Shown here in pieces: positions 62,673 through 64,000 of a stretch of DNA of 64,000 nt (position 1 is the stretch's first letter; each line of letters begins with the position of its first letter). The position numbers were made by a program, and so were the translations under genes. The stretch comes from Octopus sinensis (lineage: Eukaryota). Location of the stretch: positions 51,832,001-51,896,000 of the forward strand of contig NC_043002.1 in assembly GCF_006345805.1 (NCBI RefSeq), in the 5' to 3' direction. The notes beneath the pieces are model-generated. The model did not search any database and was not told the DNA's origin. It was given only the letters and a program-made list of their open reading frames with translations.

Positions 62673-64000
62673 ATGTATAAATATATTTATCAGTAAATGT
62701 ATATATATGAAGGAGAAATAGAAAGACATAAAGGCAAAGGTATATTGGAGATGAAAACGATTGAGAGACGTGTCTCTAATTACAATCTATGAAATACGTA
62801 TATCTTGAACAGAAAGCTTAGAAATAATTCTCATATATTAAAACAATTCTCATATATTAATGATAAACAACTTTATGGTACGTAAGTAAAGGACATTGAA
62901 TAAATAATCCACGCTTTTCTTTTAAGTTTTTTTTTTTATCCATACCGCAGATATTGATTTCTTATATCAGTGCAAGTTCTTAGATTTATACCAGACTATA
63001 AATAATAGTATGTGGTGGCATGTTGTTCTCGAATTGATACAGAATTGTTTCAAGAATTGAGACCGAGCCATAGGGTCGGCTCGTGTAAGCTTGTTTTGCT
63101 ATTCTTATTGTTGTTTAGCCCCAGATCAGACCCGACGGAACAAACGTACCTTGAAAAGCTTTCCAGATCTATTTGGATCTGCGTATTTGAGATTACATTA
63201 TTCAATGCCTATACTTTCTCAAAACAGTAGGATGCAATTTGAGCAAAGTTTGGCTGGCTATTAACTGCAGATCAAGCGATCATATAACGGTTCCTTTATT
63301 GACCATTACAAAAACTTATCTTTTACGCAGTTGTATTATTTCTTATAGAAAATCAATGAACCTATGCTGTCAAAAGAAAAAAAATGCGTGTGTAAATCTA
63401 TATATATATTGCTATTGTTGTTATAAAGGTCGATTTTTAGCTGATTTAACTCAATAGCTATTAAATTTTCAATGAATGTTTAAAAATTTATAATTTCTAT
63501 TTAAAAACAAAAACGGCTGCAATAACTCTGTTATTTAAGTTCATTAAAAGTTCTTAAACATAATTAATGAAAGTCTTATTTCGTCTCAGATATCAGTTAT
63601 GAGGTCAATCTCCATTTGTCTTAATCAACGTGTGTGTTTGACCCTAACCTGCAAGAAATAGTAAGTAATTATTCCCCATGTAACACTCTAGTGTCTTACA
63701 GTAAAAGACTCCATTGCGTAAAACGATTCAAAGTGCAATATCTCAGGTTGGATACGGCTGAAATGACTTTGATCACATGACTTTTTGATCAGGGATTATA
63801 TGGAAGTATGCAACAATAATGACAGCCAACATGTGCTATAGAGTAGAAATTACTCTTAGCCAACTGAGTCCCTAGTTTTCCATTTGTCGCAGCAATTTTA
63901 ACTCTACTTACCTTGATTTTATATGATTAAGTTAATTTCCAATTTTTCAGTTTTCAGAAACACGTTGCTGAAAATGGATGCTCAACACACCAACGTATTA

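Noticed and set aside
63900-64000. Strong minus-strand donor AAG|GTAAGT at ~63911
   Set aside because: The upstream candidate exon has stops in all three frames. It could be UTR, but this cannot be supported here.

Overview
AT-rich, microsatellite-saturated animal genomic DNA, probably a coleoid cephalopod (Octopus-like). This taxonomy is inferred from the repeat families and was not checked against a database. No intact host protein-coding gene can be supported, and most ORF-track entries are translations of simple repeats. The window is dominated by mobile DNA. It holds roughly 30 pieces of one tRNA-derived SINE family (called SINE-A here) and other SINE families. It also holds a 5'-truncated R4/Dong-clade retrotransposon inserted in a (TAA)n array, a full-length decayed mariner, a Helitron Rep/helicase remnant, two short Helitrons and RTE/CR1-type LINE remnants. 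About ten Penelope-type hammerhead-ribozyme motifs are present, several in inverted pairs. The most striking pattern is that all three L1/Tx1-like LINE fragments sit in or against SINE-A copies. One has a 17-bp target-site duplication and a 3' end shared with the young SINE-A tail, and young SINE-A copies land at the same nucleotide of older copies. This suggests a SINE-targeting LINE/SINE system that builds nested arrays. A second candidate system is a short element joining a tRNA-like head to a hammerhead ribozyme. Family assignments come from motif recognition by eye, and repeat boundaries are approximate unless TSDs or TIRs are quoted.
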